Positions 12,562-26,274 are shown, numbered from the whole stretch's first letter. The stretch: DNA of 62,261 nucleotides, filler included, from Rhabdomonas costata (GCA_019059605.1; 34 parts of 34 records of this genome joined end to end with filler, not necessarily neighbours in it); one strand, 5' to 3'. The notes: generated from the letters alone by a model not told the origin. Program-made: numbers and translations.

Positions 12562-14342
12562 CTGAAAGAACGGGGAATCAAATCAGGTGAAGTTTACTTA
12601 AAGTATCGGCAGAATAAGAAGATGAGGGTAAAAAGGATAAGAAGGGCTTGAGCTCATCTGAGTAACTGCTCCTCTGGATGGACACGAGCATTAAACGAGC
12701 TTTGCCTGTCCCCTTTGGTTTTTACTGTCGTCTTTTCAAAACNNNNNNNNNNNNNNNNNNNNNNNNNNNNNNNNNNNNNNNNNNNNTTAATTAATTAANN
12801 NNNNNNNNNNNNNNNNNNNNNNNNNNNNNNNNNNNNNNNNNNTTTTTTTTGTGCCGCGGCATTCATCTTTGGCCGTACCCTTCATTGCTCCTTCTTTTGT
12901 GTGAGATTAACCTTTTTGCATTAAGAGTGCGCTTGCGGAAAATTATGTCAGCTGGGGCCCTTTTTTCCAAAAGGGCTACGATAACCCTAACGCTAGCCAT
13001 TGCCCTATTAACGCCAGCCCACTATATACGGAACAGCTTTCCAGCTGCTGCTGCTGCCGCTGCCGCCCTCCGGGACTTTCCTTCCCCGGGTTTTCAGTAT
13101 GTTGCATGCCCATTCCCCTGCCTTACTTTTTATGTGATTTCTTCGCACAGATATGTTGAGCAACAGGTTCTCTCCCTCCGCCCCACTTCCCTCCTTTCCG
13201 ATTGTTTTTTTTTTGCTCTTTGGACGTCAGACGGATGGGCAGTTTTGTTCATGCCCTTCTCATGAGACACACGAACCTTTCTGTACTGCGATTCTAGTTA
13301 GATGCATGTTTGGCATTTATCAAGGGCCGCGTACACAGCCATTGCCGTCAAGCAGTCAAGTCTTCTCTGATGATCTGGAAGTACACAAGCAGAAACGGTA
13401 CAACGTTTCGGTTTGCAGGAGAGGTAGCGGTTTGGTTCGATGCCTTCTTACTGCGGAAAAAATGAGCTCCCTCCTCTCCTGCTGTAGGGTGCTTGTCTCG
13501 GGGGATGCTTTCAGCCCACTTCCATGGGTTTTGGTGAACGTTTCCAACGAAAGAAAGTCTCCCACCGCTTTCCCTTCCGGAATTTGTTGCCATGAATGCC
13601 CTTTCCGAGAGGAAGGGAATTGCGATGTACTTTTGACAGCTCCACGCGCGGGGTTGTACGTGCGCACTGCTATCTATTGGGGCAATGATGCTGCCGTGAG
13701 TCATGCCTGTTTTGCTCTCCCCTTTAGGACTTGCACTCCGAGGCCACCACTGTGCTGGAAGCGCTGCGGTTTTCTGCGGCCCTGCGGCTGCCCAGGTCAC
13801 ACACACACACAAGCGCATTAACGGTCAAGCACGCCACACTGTTGTCATATCCCTGCTGTCTCCTTCTTTTCTCCTGCTCGCCTTTTTATCTTGGTTGTTT
13901 GCACAACTGAAACCACACTTTTGTACTCCTGCCGCAGGTTGTCGACCTGTTGTGGTTGTGCTTCAGTTTTTGTCTTTGGTGCTTCTTCCCACCCTGAACC
14001 CCAAAAGTTTGTGCATGCGAGCATGCCACAAGGTCAGGAGGCGAGGGAATACTGGAACACTGACGTATCTTCCGGTGCGCCCTGCATATAAATTTACTAT
14101 TTCTCCTGTTCCACAAGCCACACTACGCATTATATTGAACTTTATATTGAACTTTGGAAGTTCACCCTGAGCTCAAATGAGCTCAAAGGGCAACAAAATG
14201 TGGAAGAAAATACAGTTGATGAATCATGATTAAAGATTAAGACGGACCTGATTTTGTTCAGTGCGGTTTGAGTTTGTTTGGGAAACACGGTACGGACGAT
14301 AGAAGCCCGTTCCAGGGGACTTTGTGGAATGGGATGGTGCAG

Positions 14343-14533
14343 GGCGACCAGCAAGGCGGACAAGGAGGCCCTGGTGCAGCGGGTGGTGGACCTGCTGGAG
14401 CTGCGCCCGATCCTGAACGCGCTGGTCGGGGCGAAGGGCGAGGGGCTGTCCATGGAGCAGGCCAAGCGGCTGACCATTGGGGTGGAGATGGTGGCCAACC
14501 CCTCCATTCTGTTCCTCGACGAGCCCACCAGCG
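14343..14533 (+). CDS. ABCG/PDR-type ABC transporter, single exon of a nucleotide-binding domain
   Basis: VVDLLELRPILNALVGAKGEGLSMEQAKRLTIGVEMVANPSILFLDEPTSG carries the PDR NBD2 signature and Walker B motif. AG/GT boundaries. Confidence 0.93.
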
Positions 14534-15085
14534 GTGCGCTATGCCCCCCCCCTCATCGGGTGGGCATCCACTCCACCNNNNNNNNNNNNNNNNNNNNNNN
14601 NNNNNNNNNNNNNNNNNNNNNTTAATTAATTAANNNNNNNNNNNNNNNNNNNNNNNNNNNNNNNNNNNNNNNNNNNNTTTTTAGGGCCTCATGGTGTCAG
14701 GATGCTGCGTTTGTGTTACCAGTGCTTCTACAGTGCTTCTGTGTGTTCGTGTCTTGGCGTCTGCAGTAAGGAAAACAAAACAGAGGTGAGAGGGGGTTGA
14801 CTGGTGAATACCAGCTCCAGTACAACTATTGCCCGCAGCGGCTCCCGACCTGCTGCCGATGGGAATCTTGAATAAAGGCAACCTCTCCACGAAATATTCA
14901 CGGAGTGCCATCTTAGAACATGAGTCGAGTTCACGGGGAGTAAAAAAAGAGTGGCCTGAGGAAGGAAACAAGGGAAACCGACCTGCTGGCATAGGGGAAA
15001 CCCATCAGCCCGGAATTCAGTGGCCACTCTCTTAATTTCAACAAGTAGCTTTGGTGTTTCGGCGAAGTGTATGTGTGTCCCACTG

Positions 15086-15205
15086 GGATTCTAACATAGG
15101 AATTTGCAGGGGGTAAGGAGGCGATGCACGGGTCCCCTGGGGTTGTAACAGAGGAAATTGCAGGGGGTTCGGAGGCGATTAAGGGGTCTACTGGGATTGC
15201 AATAA
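15086..15205 (-). repeat. Dispersed repeat family B, copy 2
   Basis: Reverse complement reads GCAATCCCAGTAGACCCC...CCCCTGCAATTTCCT...CCCAGGGGACCCGTG...CCCCTGCAAATTCCTATGTTAGAATCC, homologous to 4645-4748. Confidence 0.85.
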
Positions 15206-16568
15206 AAGCTTTCGCCGGTGGTTATGTGGTTACGCAGGTGAAAGACTTTCTCGAAAGGAAATGCCACATATATCAAAAAAGAGACATCCACGGAAGAACG
15301 AATGGTTTGCCGCGAAGAGTTTGTATGTTCCGGACTCACCGCCACACACCCTCGAACCAACCCAACACCCACTCAACCAGACAATTGCACCCCTGCCAAA
15401 CTCTCAACTGGGATACGGCAGAGCAGAGAAAGAAATTCAATAGCCCAAACAAAGATCGAGTGAAAAGGAAAAGGAAGGAAGAGACAAAGATGGGGACATC
15501 GCAGAGAATCAATCGGGGTGTGATCGCCCGATGAGAAAGAGAGGTGAGTGGTGGGAGGGAGAGGCGGGGAACGAATGGAAGGTTCCAAGGTGTGCATTGC
15601 AGCCGTTTACAAGGGTAGCCGTCCGCACGTCACCAGCGCCCCAAGAGAAAATCAGGGTATACGAGGAGTGCTGAGCACTGGACCCAAGACAAGAAATCCG
15701 GCGTAATTAGGATCCGGCGACAGCTCTCCAAAAGTAAAGAGAAAGAATCGTAGTTCCGGTTGAAGTGAATGGAGTCTGATTCTAGAAGCAGAGACCGCCG
15801 GGCCGGAGGCCACCGTGCCTACCTTGCCGAGTTAACGGCGCAAAGGTGGCACAGAAAGTGAAACAAGAGAGGCATTTGAAAATGCCGGGAAAGGGGGTCA
15901 TAGTAGGAGAAGACCAAAACCCTCTGTTCCCACCCCCTCCAACGGGGCGGACAGTTTTGTATTTGGGGTTTGGGGGGACTGTCTCTTTCCCTAACTCAAC
16001 CGCCCCGGAAAGAAAAGACCGCGACCGACAGCCCTGCGCACCTGCATGCACATCTACTCACATCTACATCCTCTTGCTCACACAACCATGAAGGCACCCC
16101 CCTCGCACATCCGCACACACGCATACACACAGACACACCAACTGGCTCGCTAACTCCGAATCGCCGAAGAGCAAACCCAAAACGACCAAGGGACATCATT
16201 GGAGACGAAGTTGGGTGCAGGTACGTGCGGAGGGAGCGGAGCGGCTCTGATCAGAGGATTTCACCGCCATGGGCAGAGCTCGTCAGAAAAACGAGCACAC
16301 GCACCACGGGGGGCAGAAGGGAAAGGGGGTGCATGTGAAGGGCGACAGATGGATGGGCATCCCCAACACCCTAAGCTTGAGACAGCCAAATAACGGGCAA
16401 ATCCAAAACCGANNNNNNNNNNNNNNNNNNNNNNNNNNNNNNNNNNNNNNNNNNNNTTAATTAATTAANNNNNNNNNNNNNNNNNNNNNNNNNNNNNNNN
16501 NNNNNNNNNNNNAAGATTCGCTGGTAGATTCGGCTCGGACCGGAACAGAGTTCTTTTTACTCCTGCAG

Positions 16569-17589
16569 GATATGCTCTTTGCGGAGGCCAACGGCAAGCC
16601 CTTTCGGGAGTCTGAATGGAAGCCTCCGGAGCGGATTCGTACTCCTCCTCCAGCGCCGGTTTTCCTTTCCATCCCCTTTTACGGTTTCGTAGAGGCTCTG
16701 CGGAAGAGAAGACCACTCGTTGGATAGACGGAGGTGTCGAACAAAACTCGGTTCCGTCAAACATTCGACGCAAAGTTTGACCATTTTCAGAGTGATGTAT
16801 TTATTTACGCCTTAGTTTTTTTTTTGCTTTCTTCCTTTTGCGTTCTGTTGTTCGCACAACTAAACATCTCGCTTTTCCTGTCGCTTCGCATGACGGAAAG
16901 AGGCGGAGAAGCTTCTTTTCGTTAGCAAAGAGGAAAGCCAGTCTGTGTGTGTGGGAATGGGTGTGGGTGTTCCTCCGTGTGGTTGGCCAGCGTTTTGCTT
17001 CCGTCACAGATCAATGCCCGACCCGAGCCTGGGTTTGGTGGGTCACGTTACCAAGGAATTGCGGCGCCCACCACGAATCAAAGGTAGTCGCTATGGACTG
17101 CAGGAAATTGCACCGAATTGCGCATTCCCTGGATTTTTCTGAGAGCTTAGCTAGCAGAATGTCGCAGGATGACTTTGGTCCCGTGTGTCGCATTGCGTCC
17201 AAAGATGGGCGATCTGATTTTTGGAACTTTTGGAATTAAAACTGGTTGCATTTGTGGTGGTGTTGATGCATGGACAATGTAACTGTAATCCCTGTCCGAC
17301 TCGAAGCACTCTGGACTGTCACATCCAGAGCAGAGTACGTAGATAGAATACGACTTCTTTTGGTTTTTCTCCTGGGCATGATTTTCTTGGCTTTGGTTGC
17401 TAGTGTTCTCAGCGATCGAACTGTTGAAAATAGTTGCTTGGTTTGTTTGCGGTATTATGGATGTGTGGTTTTTGTGTGCCTCTCAACCCCACAGGGCTCA
17501 GTCCGACGTGATCGGGGATGCCGGCGCCTTCCTGTCCAAGGGCTTCGCCTCACTCTCCTCCACTCTCTCCGACGCGGCATCGGTTGCAG
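16569..17589 (+). CDS. ArfGAP1-like protein, region after the GAP domain; exons 16569-16658, 17010-17083, 17495-17589
   Basis: DMLFAEANGKPFRESEWKPPERIRTPPPAP|INARPEPGFGGSRYQGIAAPTTNQR|AQSDVIGDAGAFLSKGFASLSSTLSDAASVA. Shows the end of the GAP domain, an RYxG motif and an ALPS-like amphipathic helix. Phases are consistent. Confidence 0.75.
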
Positions 17590-18917
17590 GTCTGCTGTGT
17601 GTTGTCCGTGTTGCATGCTCGTCTGTTTGCTGAGGAACTCAAGAGGCCATCTGCCTCTCAAGGTTCGAAGGTTGTGAATGTCACAGTGATGCGTGGAATG
17701 CTGCGGGAGACAAAAAGTCGAATATTTTTCTGGCGCTCCTAACGAACATGCACTACCCCTCGTCCCCACACAATGCAGTTGCACCCTCTCGTGCCTAGGC
17801 GCACGGTAAATGATTCAGCATAACTAATGAAACACAAAGAAGTGAATCCAGTGACAGCATCTGATGACCTCACTCGCCATCGCCGCCTATCCCCCTGCGA
17901 GCCCCAAAACCCTTACTCGGGAACCAATGCACCGCCCCCACCCATCAGGATCTTGGGCCTTGTTTTTTTCGGGCAATATACTGCTCTTAAGCCATGCCAG
18001 GATGCCACCTTAGATCCAGGGATTGCATGTTCGATAGAACACCATTTTTCTTTCTCTCGTTTCTCAATGCACGCCATTGTCCAGGTTTATCGTCTCTGCC
18101 AGAAAATGTCGGAAATGTTTCGTTGCCATTGTTGAAGGTGAACAAAAAATTGATGATCGCCATCGAACTTAAAGCAACGAGAAGCTCGGCTTTAAGTTCG
18201 ATGGCGATCATCAATTTTTTGTTCACCTTCAACAATGACAACAAAACNNNNNNNNNNNNNNNNNNNNNNNNNNNNNNNNNNNNNNNNNNNNTTAATTAAT
18301 TAANNNNNNNNNNNNNNNNNNNNNNNNNNNNNNNNNNNNNNNNNNNNCCGGAGAATCGCCATACATTTATATTGTATTAGGGTTAGGCGACGCATATCTC
18401 CCTTTTGGAAGGGTTTGGAAGGGTGCAGGACGTGGTTCTCGGACGTGTGATGCTCGCTTTTTTATGTGGTGCTGGCAGACAGATCGTGACCATTTGTTGT
18501 GCACATAACAACTTGAGATGGAATTATTTTGGACGCGAATGGCACCGCGGCGGCCGGAACGGCCGGAGCTACCCCACCCCCCGCCGATGCCCTCACATCG
18601 GCTCGCCTTCCTTACTGTTCTCCAATGTCACGAGTGAACAGAACTGAGTTCTACTCAGCTGGCGATCACTATTCAGCTGAACATTGCCCTAAATAGCGTT
18701 TCTGAATAGTATGTGTGTGGGGTATAATACAAGTGAACCACTTTCCTGCTCCATGGTTACTGTCGCCGCCAGTTGTAGGATGAGGGGACCGAGAGAAAGC
18801 TGCGGGTGGCCGAATGGGGTCAACAAAACGCTTTAGAACCTAACGTGCACATAAAGAAAAGTGATGAGCGCATTTTCTGTATTTATTAACGGCTTTCCTC
18901 GTTTTATTGTTTTCCAG

Positions 18918-19460
18918 GTAGGTCACTCACTGACCTACTCCAACCCCTTGGACCAAATTTGCAACCTGTCGTACCCAACCCCTCTGATTCTCGAGGATGA
19001 CGCTCGGCCACTGGTGGAACCGGCTGTGGCCCTGTCCTGGATGGACACTGCCCTGGCCCAGGCCCCGCCAGCGTGGGGCCTGATTTACTTTGGCTGGAGC
19101 CCCTACAAGTTGGCCGCGAAGCCCTTCTCTGCGGCCCTGCAGCGGGTTCAGAATGTCTTCTCCACCTTTCACTTTGCCATGAGCCATGCCGCGGCATGCC
19201 GCCTGGCGGGGCTTATGCGGAAGATGCTGGCCAACCGCCTGCCCCGCACCCCGGCCTTCTTTGCCACGGACGAGCTGTGCAATTGGGCGGTGGCGCGGCA
19301 TATGATTTCGGCATTCAAGGTGAAGCGTCAGCTAAGTCATCACGACTTCGCCACTTCAGATGTGGGCTCGCGGAACACCGCTGCTTTGGCAAGCCCTTCT
19401 GCTGGCGACAAAAGCGGGAAACCCCCGGACGCTACCAGCACCGCAGCAGTGGTAAGATGA
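18918..19460 (+). CDS. Glycosyltransferase family 25-like protein, terminal exon (5' boundary uncertain)
   Basis: LILEDDA...APPAWGLIYFGW...STFHFAMSHAAACRL...ATDELCNW fits the GT25 motif order. GC-rich codon usage. Confidence 0.7.
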   Translation, partial: VGHSLTYSNPLDQICNLSYPTPLILEDDARPLVEPAVALSWMDTALAQAPPAWGLIYFGWSPYKLAAKPFSAALQRVQNVFSTFHFAMSHAAACRLAGLMRKMLANRLPRTPAFFATDELCNWAVARHMISAFKVKRQLSHHDFATSDVGSRNTAALASPSAGDKSGKPPDATSTAAVVR

Positions 19461-22079
19461 TCCTGGGCTAATGAGCTGCTGTAAAAGACCCGTTGTTGGC
19501 ATGCTGAGTAGCAGAGACCCGTCCTCCTTGAGTGTGTGTCCGTGAGTCAAAGAGTTGCGGCCGCCCAGGGACATCGCGTGGTATGCACTGATGCACGGCT
19601 TTCAACATTCCTTTCAAAAAAAAGACAGCGGGATGGCCTCTAGGACCACCAAGGGCAGCTGAATCGAACGATAACTATATGATCTGTGTAAGACATCTGT
19701 TCAGGATAGTTGCGCAGCTTGTGCTTGGAGATGTTGCAGTTGCCCGTCGGCTAAAGAGTTCAGCACTCAAATGTGGCGCGGGGAAGTAGACGATCGTTAT
19801 AGCGAGAAGGGTTTGCCCCTACGCCTTATTTCTCCCCTATCTGTGGACGGTGACTTCTTCTGTTTCTTCAGAGGCTTTTTTCCGCTGTTGAGCTGTAAAT
19901 ACCGCGCATGCTCACGCCGTTTGCTTGAACCGAAACCAGCAAGTCCGCACTCCATTTGACTATTTCTCTCACATGACCTGATCGGTGCCCTCCGGTACAC
20001 CTCGCGGGCGCGCCGCAATGATTGTTGTGGAGCACGACGAGTACGTCCGTCCTCGCCGGCCCCAGGGTGGACCCCACCAACCNNNNNNNNNNNNNNNNNN
20101 NNNNNNNNNNNNNNNNNNNNNNNNNNTTAATTAATTAANNNNNNNNNNNNNNNNNNNNNNNNNNNNNNNNNNNNNNNNNNNNGGGGTGTGGTCATTCGAC
20201 ATGTAACATTCTGCTAAGACTTCGTTGGGTTCAGACCGGAGACTGCGCCACCCAACAACCCTTGGCGATCAGCCAAGAAAGCACCACCCGTGCAAACGTC
20301 AATTGGAACAGTAACTCGAGCACCATTGGCAACAGAGTACAAAAAGCAGTGCAAGACTGTATGACAGGTCCCACGCGGCTTCCGAAAAAAGTGAACCCCC
20401 ACAAAGTTAACAAAACTTAGACTTGAAAAGCACTCTCTGCACAGGCCCATTCCGTCAAAAAAAAAAGCTCCTGCAATACCTTGTAAAACAAAATAATTCA
20501 ACCGCTCGCCAACTCTGGGCTCTGACCGCGCCAAAAGGGTGCCAGCGCAGAGTGCAGCGTCAGTAAGGTACCTAAAATATCTAAAATTGTTTTTTGCTGT
20601 TCGGTTGTGGTGCCTTGAACTGAAACCAACCTGGTACAGCTGAAGTGCACAGCTCACCTGTGTTGACGTTGTGCAGCTTTCACGCGTTGCCGGGAAGGAA
20701 TCCAGGGGCTTGTGCATCACGTGGCTTCCCTGCAGCGCAACAGTCTGGTAGCGTGCGACACACTTTCTCTGCACCGACCACCGCACCTTTCCCACTCGGA
20801 TGGAAATTTCGTTCCTAAAAACAAGACAGTCGTGCTCCACGCCAAGCGTACGGGCGGCCCTGGAGACGCAAGCCTCAAAGAAAGCAGAACTGCGCACGGT
20901 CAGAGCCTCAGGCCACTTGGGAATAAACCCCCTGGCCACGCCACGCAGAACAGCTGCCTGTGGCTTTACCGTGGAGTATTCCAAGCAACCGACACTCGCA
21001 GAGCACGGGCCGACAGTTCCAGAGGAGCAATCAGAGAGTGATGAAACAGCGTTCGGAGCGGGCTTCGCATCAACGTCCGGCATTTGGCTTTGAAAGTCTG
21101 CGGAGCTCCCACACTCGGGAAGCTCAGCAGCCAATGGAAGCGCAGACAGATCCTGAGGCGGCTGCGCGGAGAAGAATCCCTCAAAAGAAAAGAGGTACAA
21201 GAGCGGATGCCCTTCAACAAGCGTAAACTTTTTATTCGTACCACGTCTGGAGCCTTCCTAGAAGAAAAGTCTGAACGTTTCGAAATAAACTTGGCCGCTG
21301 GGTCTTGATGAATGTGGGTGTAAAGCTGAATCGCTGCCCGAAATACCAAACCTATTCGATGGATGACAAGTTCAAACCTGGACGCTTGCCACCTTGTGAA
21401 GAGCAATCAATTTCGCCGCAGTGTCGAAAACGTCCTGATCTGTGAAAGAGACAACCGACCAGTTGTTCATGAAACATTAAAGTACGTGAAAAAAAGAATC
21501 TTTCCAACTCGAATTCAGATAAAGAACGGGATCAAGCTGCAAGAGGGTTGCAAGGCACCTGATAGCCGAGGTTCCGCGAAAAGGTCAAGAACCGCAGTAA
21601 GCAGCTCACGGTGGCTTGCCACTGGAACAAATTGCTGAACAGCAGGAATGACCTCAGCATACATACGTGCGTGACAACGCTGGCTGCGGAGCTCCCAAAG
21701 AAGATCACCCAGCACTTCTTCAGCAGCGTGTCCCGTAACTGCAGTGCGAAGATAAGCAACCCATTCATGCGATAACTTATTGAAGAGTGCCTGAACACTG
21801 AAAACTTATTGAAGAGTGCCCTTATTGAAGAGTGCCTGAACACTGGAGAAGACGGCTCGGGCTTGCCCAAACTGAAGCTTAAAGGGCTGCGCATATTCTC
21901 ACATCCTCACACCAACCNNNNNNNNNNNNNNNNNNNNNNNNNNNNNNNNNNNNNNNNNNNNTTAATTAATTAANNNNNNNNNNNNNNNNNNNNNNNNNNN
22001 NNNNNNNNNNNNNNNNNTGTTGTGGTGCGGTAGGAAGATGTCCGCCTGGCGCTGTCTCCCCCCAGACACTGACGTGGCC

Positions 22080-22447
22080 ATTGGGGGGAGACAGCGCCAG
22101 GCGGACATCTTCCTACCGCACTACAACGTTCACCTGACCGCCGTCGACGTCTTCATCACGCACTTCCGCCAGGTCTCGGGCCGGACACCCACGCCGCAAA
22201 GTCCGCGCTGCGCAACAAGGCCTGGAACAAGAAAAACAAGTACGCCCCCTTGGTCTCGCTGCACAAGCTGACCTTCATTCCCTTCATGTCCACCTTCGGG
22301 GCTGTGGAGGAGGAGGACGCCGCGGCCCTTACGAACAAGATCATCGGGTTCTTCTAGGCCAAGCAGCGGGTGGCAGTCGGTGAGTGTAAGGAGCACCTTA
22401 CCCAGCTGGTCCAGATCGGGGTCTTAACAAACGTGTCCAGTATGTAA
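22080..22447 (+). mobile_element. Decayed non-LTR retrotransposon, restriction-like endonuclease domain (CRE/SLACS-like)
   Basis: RQADIFLP...AVDVFITH (frameshift) ...NKKNKY...FIPFMSTFGA, with an in-frame TAG near 22355. This matches the RLE motif order PD...D...KxxKY...FxP...G. Confidence 0.75.
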
Positions 22448-22739
22448 CCTCGAGCTGGCTCACATTCCACTCTCGACAACATCCCAAGAAGCGCTAGATT
22501 CACTCCATCGATGGAATTGTTGTAACCACCTCATCCAGTTGGTCAAACCCTGCCGTGAGAGCCACCAGCCAGGTCCCCGACAGACGACACTACGCACCCG
22601 ATTCCGGGGGTAGCCCTGTTAAGGCACGAGGTATCGAAGAAGAGAAGAAGAGGAGGAGGAGCATGTGGAGCAGGCACATCCACAGCGCCCTTCCCCAGAA
22701 TTGAGCAATAAGCTGCCACCATCACTGCCCTTTTCCACA

Positions 22740-22915
22740 ATGCTCGCAATCCGACACACCGGTACTTAGACGACGGCGTACTCGTTGGCGAGCCCGAGGC
22801 CCTGTTAAACGCACAATGGTGAAACCGCCACTGCCACAAAACAGCTACCTTCTCTTGTTTCCGCGTCCTTCCTCGCTAGGAGGGGGGCTTTTGCGCTCTG
22901 AACCCCTCAACCACT
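22740..22915 (+). mobile_element. Decayed reverse transcriptase fragment (YLDDG motif)
   Basis: Reads HRYLDDGVLVGEPEALL, then a stop, then an out-of-frame LNPST resembling the GLxLNxxK motif. Confidence 0.55.
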
Positions 22916-24004
22916 TGGATCACCACTAGCTTGATTTATCCGCGGACTCTGCTCCCAATGCGCTCAATTTGGTCCAGGGCAAACTCTGCTAACACGTGCC
23001 GACGATGCACGATGCACTCTTCAGGGGCTTGGACTTTCAACGATACTCTGCTACCAGGCGTCACAAAGTGATACGTGGTACTCCAACGCAGAGCTGCGCT
23101 CCTCGTGCCGCAAAAAGCTTTCTCGACTTATTCCTCTGCTACCAGCTGTCAACCTGGTAGACCTTTCCTCGCACGTTGCGCTAAAAGCGGGTCGTAAACA
23201 ACACTCTGCTACCAAGTGTCACACTCCAACTATGCTGTGGGAACTCTTACGTGGCTACAACATCTTTGGGTGGTCGTGCCTCTGGATCCCACTCGAGCTG
23301 GACTGTATCACGACCTTGCTTGCACAAGGTGGGCGCTGCCTCGGCTTACCTATGTGTCTTGGTACCTAGAACGGGGCGGAGGTCTCTTCCGTTTGTCCGG
23401 AGGTCGCTCTGGTGCTCTCTTCTGAAACGGGGTCGGGGGTGCCAACCACTTTTCGATTTACCAAGCCGCTTCGGCGTGAATCTGGCGACCTCTGGGGGCA
23501 CAACTCTGCAGAACAGGGGGGGTTCACTTGTGGATCGTGAAGGCTGCTTTAGGCACAGTGTGGGTCTCTTGGCCGGGCCTTTGTGCCCACATCTTCTGTG
23601 CTGTGGAGGGGTTTCGCTGGGCGGGTCTCGCCGCTTATGCCTTTCCCCAATCTCCCACCCAAAAAGAAGGCTGTGGAAGTGGCACGCGACCGCACACACA
23701 CACCCTGTCCTGTGTTCACCGCACTAACTCCACACCCTTTTTCCACCACCCCCNNNNNNNNNNNNNNNNNNNNNNNNNNNNNNNNNNNNNNNNNNNNTTA
23801 ATTAATTAANNNNNNNNNNNNNNNNNNNNNNNNNNNNNNNNNNNNNNNNNNNNTGCACAACAGAAACCGAACCCTTTCTATATCTGTCTCACAGGTTGTC
23901 GCGACCTGTTGACGTTGTGTTTTTTGTGATCTTTCTTTTGTGAGTTGGCAACTGCCTTCTCGCAGCAACCCTGAAAATGTGGCTGTGGCTGTCAGGGTTC
24001 GTGT

Positions 24005-24118
24005 CATTGGGTGGTGAGGTTGAGGGACAAGGCTGTGGATGTTGGTGCTGTTACGGGGCCTGGTGGTGTGCTGGTTAGGTTGAGGGACAAGGCTGTGCTT
24101 GGTGGCTGTTACGGTTGG
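24005..24118 (+). repeat. Two-copy tandem repeat of about 60 bp in a low-complexity GT-rich contig
   Basis: AGGTTGAGGGACAAGGCTGTG...GCTGTTACGG occurs twice. ACCATGCTC(C)CTCT also recurs at about 24290-24530. Confidence 0.8.
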
Positions 24119-26274
24119 AGGGTGTGTTTGTTCGTGCGTTGGTTGTGCTTCCTGTCTCTTTGTGATTCTTGCGCTTCTTGTAGTACGGTTGATGTCATGG
24201 GAGGTGCTGGGCTGTGGAGTTGTCGTTGTGTTGGGTTCGTGCTCTGTCTCCATCTCTTTGTATCTCTAGCGCTTCCTGTGTGCTACTATAACCATGCTCT
24301 CTGTTTCTAGTGCGTAGGATGTGGTTGTATGGTGTTACGGTGTGGTGTTGTGGTAGGGTTGTTGGCTGTCATGGTGTCATGGTGTTACGGTGTTACGGTC
24401 TCTGCCTCTGTTTGTGTCTGAAGGCCTCTGCTACCATGCTCTCTCTCAACCTTGCTCCCTCTGTAACCATGCTCCCTCTGTTTCTACAACCATGCCGTGT
24501 GTCTACCATGCTCCCTCTTAACCATGCCCTAACCGTGCTCACTGTACCCCTATGTGTAATGGCTTCGTGTGTTCCTGTTCCTCATAGCGTATCTGTAATG
24601 GTTGTATGGTGTTGGTGTCTTGGCGTCTGTGCTGCTGTAAGGGTTGGTGTTGTTGGCATTGGTGGTGGTTGGTGGTGTCATGCGTATCCGTAATGGCTTG
24701 TTGTGTTGTTGTGTCCTGGCGTTGTGTGAGTTCTTTGTGTTGGGATGTTGTGTGGTGGTGTTGTGTGGAAGGATGATGTCATGGCTTGGTGATGTGCGTA
24801 TTCTTGACGGCTGTAGCATGGTGTGTTGTTGTTGGTGTTGTGTTAGTGTCTCCGAGTCGAGGGGTGTTCATGCTTTGAGGGGTTGGTGTGGTGAGTTAAG
24901 GGCATGGGGTGTAAGCATACAACCAGAGGGGTTCTGTCTTTACTCCTACTCCCTACTCCGGTCATGCCTCCTACGTCGACATGCCCTCCGTCTCAAAGCG
25001 TAAGGGTGTATTGGTGTTCCTGTGGCTACGCCAGGACGGAGCATGACCGTACCGCCTTCATGGCGGGGAGGGCATGCGTAGTGACACGAATACATGATGC
25101 TACTCGCTACGCTCGTCTTGTCAGGATGTCATCTCGTACCTCGATGCCATCCTTCCACCTATCCCCACTCGCTACCCGCTCGTGGGGCCCCTAGAAGTAA
25201 GAAGAGGCCCGAAGGGCCACGCTCTCGCTACGCTCGTAATGTCCAGAAGAAGAAGGATGTCGGCATTCTCGGGACCTCGAATGCCTCCCATGCTAAGAGA
25301 GGGTAAGAGGAAACACGCCGCAGAAACCCAACCCGAAACCCTCACCCCAACCTCCGAAACACTGACATCCTCAACTCGGGAACACACAAGCACTCAACAA
25401 GCACTACCGACACAGAACCCAACCTCGAATGCAGAACCCGACCCCAAGAACCAAACCCCCGACTCAGAACCCGAAACCCTGAAGGCAGAATACCAACACC
25501 CTTGAATGCCTACTGAACCAACGAAGCTACGAGAGACCGAATACCGACCCAGAACCCCAACACCCGAATACCCCAAGAGCCACGAATANNNNNNNNNNNN
25601 NNNNNNNNNNNNNNNNNNNNNNNNNNNNNNNNTTAATTAATTAANNNNNNNNNNNNNNNNNNNNNNNNNNNNNNNNNNNNNNNNNNNNGTTTTTTTTTTG
25701 AGTTTTACTAGCATCGTTTGATTTTTTGATATGTCTTCATGTTCGCATATTTCTCATAAATCAGTGTTTTTTGAGTGTAAATTCTGCGTTTGTATTGCAG
25801 TATTAGTGATACGGAACCTGAAACACACATTTGGCTTTGTAAGTGATTATGGCCTGTATCAAAGTGGCATTTTTACGCGTATTTCTGTCTTTTTGATGCA
25901 GGAAGGTCTACCACAGGGTACCCCATGCACACCCTATATCTGGGACGCTGATGGTGTATGAGGGGGTTATCAAAATGGTGGTTTGCGTGGATTTTTGGGA
26001 GGAGGGATTTTGGGGAGGGGGTGTTTTTTGAACCGGGGTGTCATTTTTTTCAGGTTCTTGCTTCTAGGGCTTAGGTGTGCGGGTTTGCTGGTGGGCTTTG
26101 GTATCGGGTTGATGGTGTGGGCCTTTATTTCGTGTGGGTGTGCGCGTCTTCTTCTTCTTCTTTTGATTTAGGGTTCTGAGTTGGAGTTGTTGGAGGAGTT
26201 GGAGTGGAGTGGAGTTGGAGTCTGCGGCTAGGGTTGGGAGGAGGAGCGTGTGTGGATTCTGAGGTGGGGTGAGT

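Noticed and set aside
18122..18242. Near-perfect hairpin with arms of about 50 bp (MITE or pre-miRNA candidate)
   Set aside because: It ends at the contig edge, and its terminal mismatches follow the G/T primer bias. Best explained as an amplification fold-back chimera.
20214..21200. 328-aa minus-strand ORF, and most other short six-frame ORFs
   Set aside because: They read through intron-like T-rich tracts without recognisable motifs. Real exons may be embedded, but I cannot assign them.
22018..22127. Inverted repeat with arms of about 45 bp
   Set aside because: It sits at a contig start and copies adjacent retroelement coding sequence, so it is a fold-back artefact.
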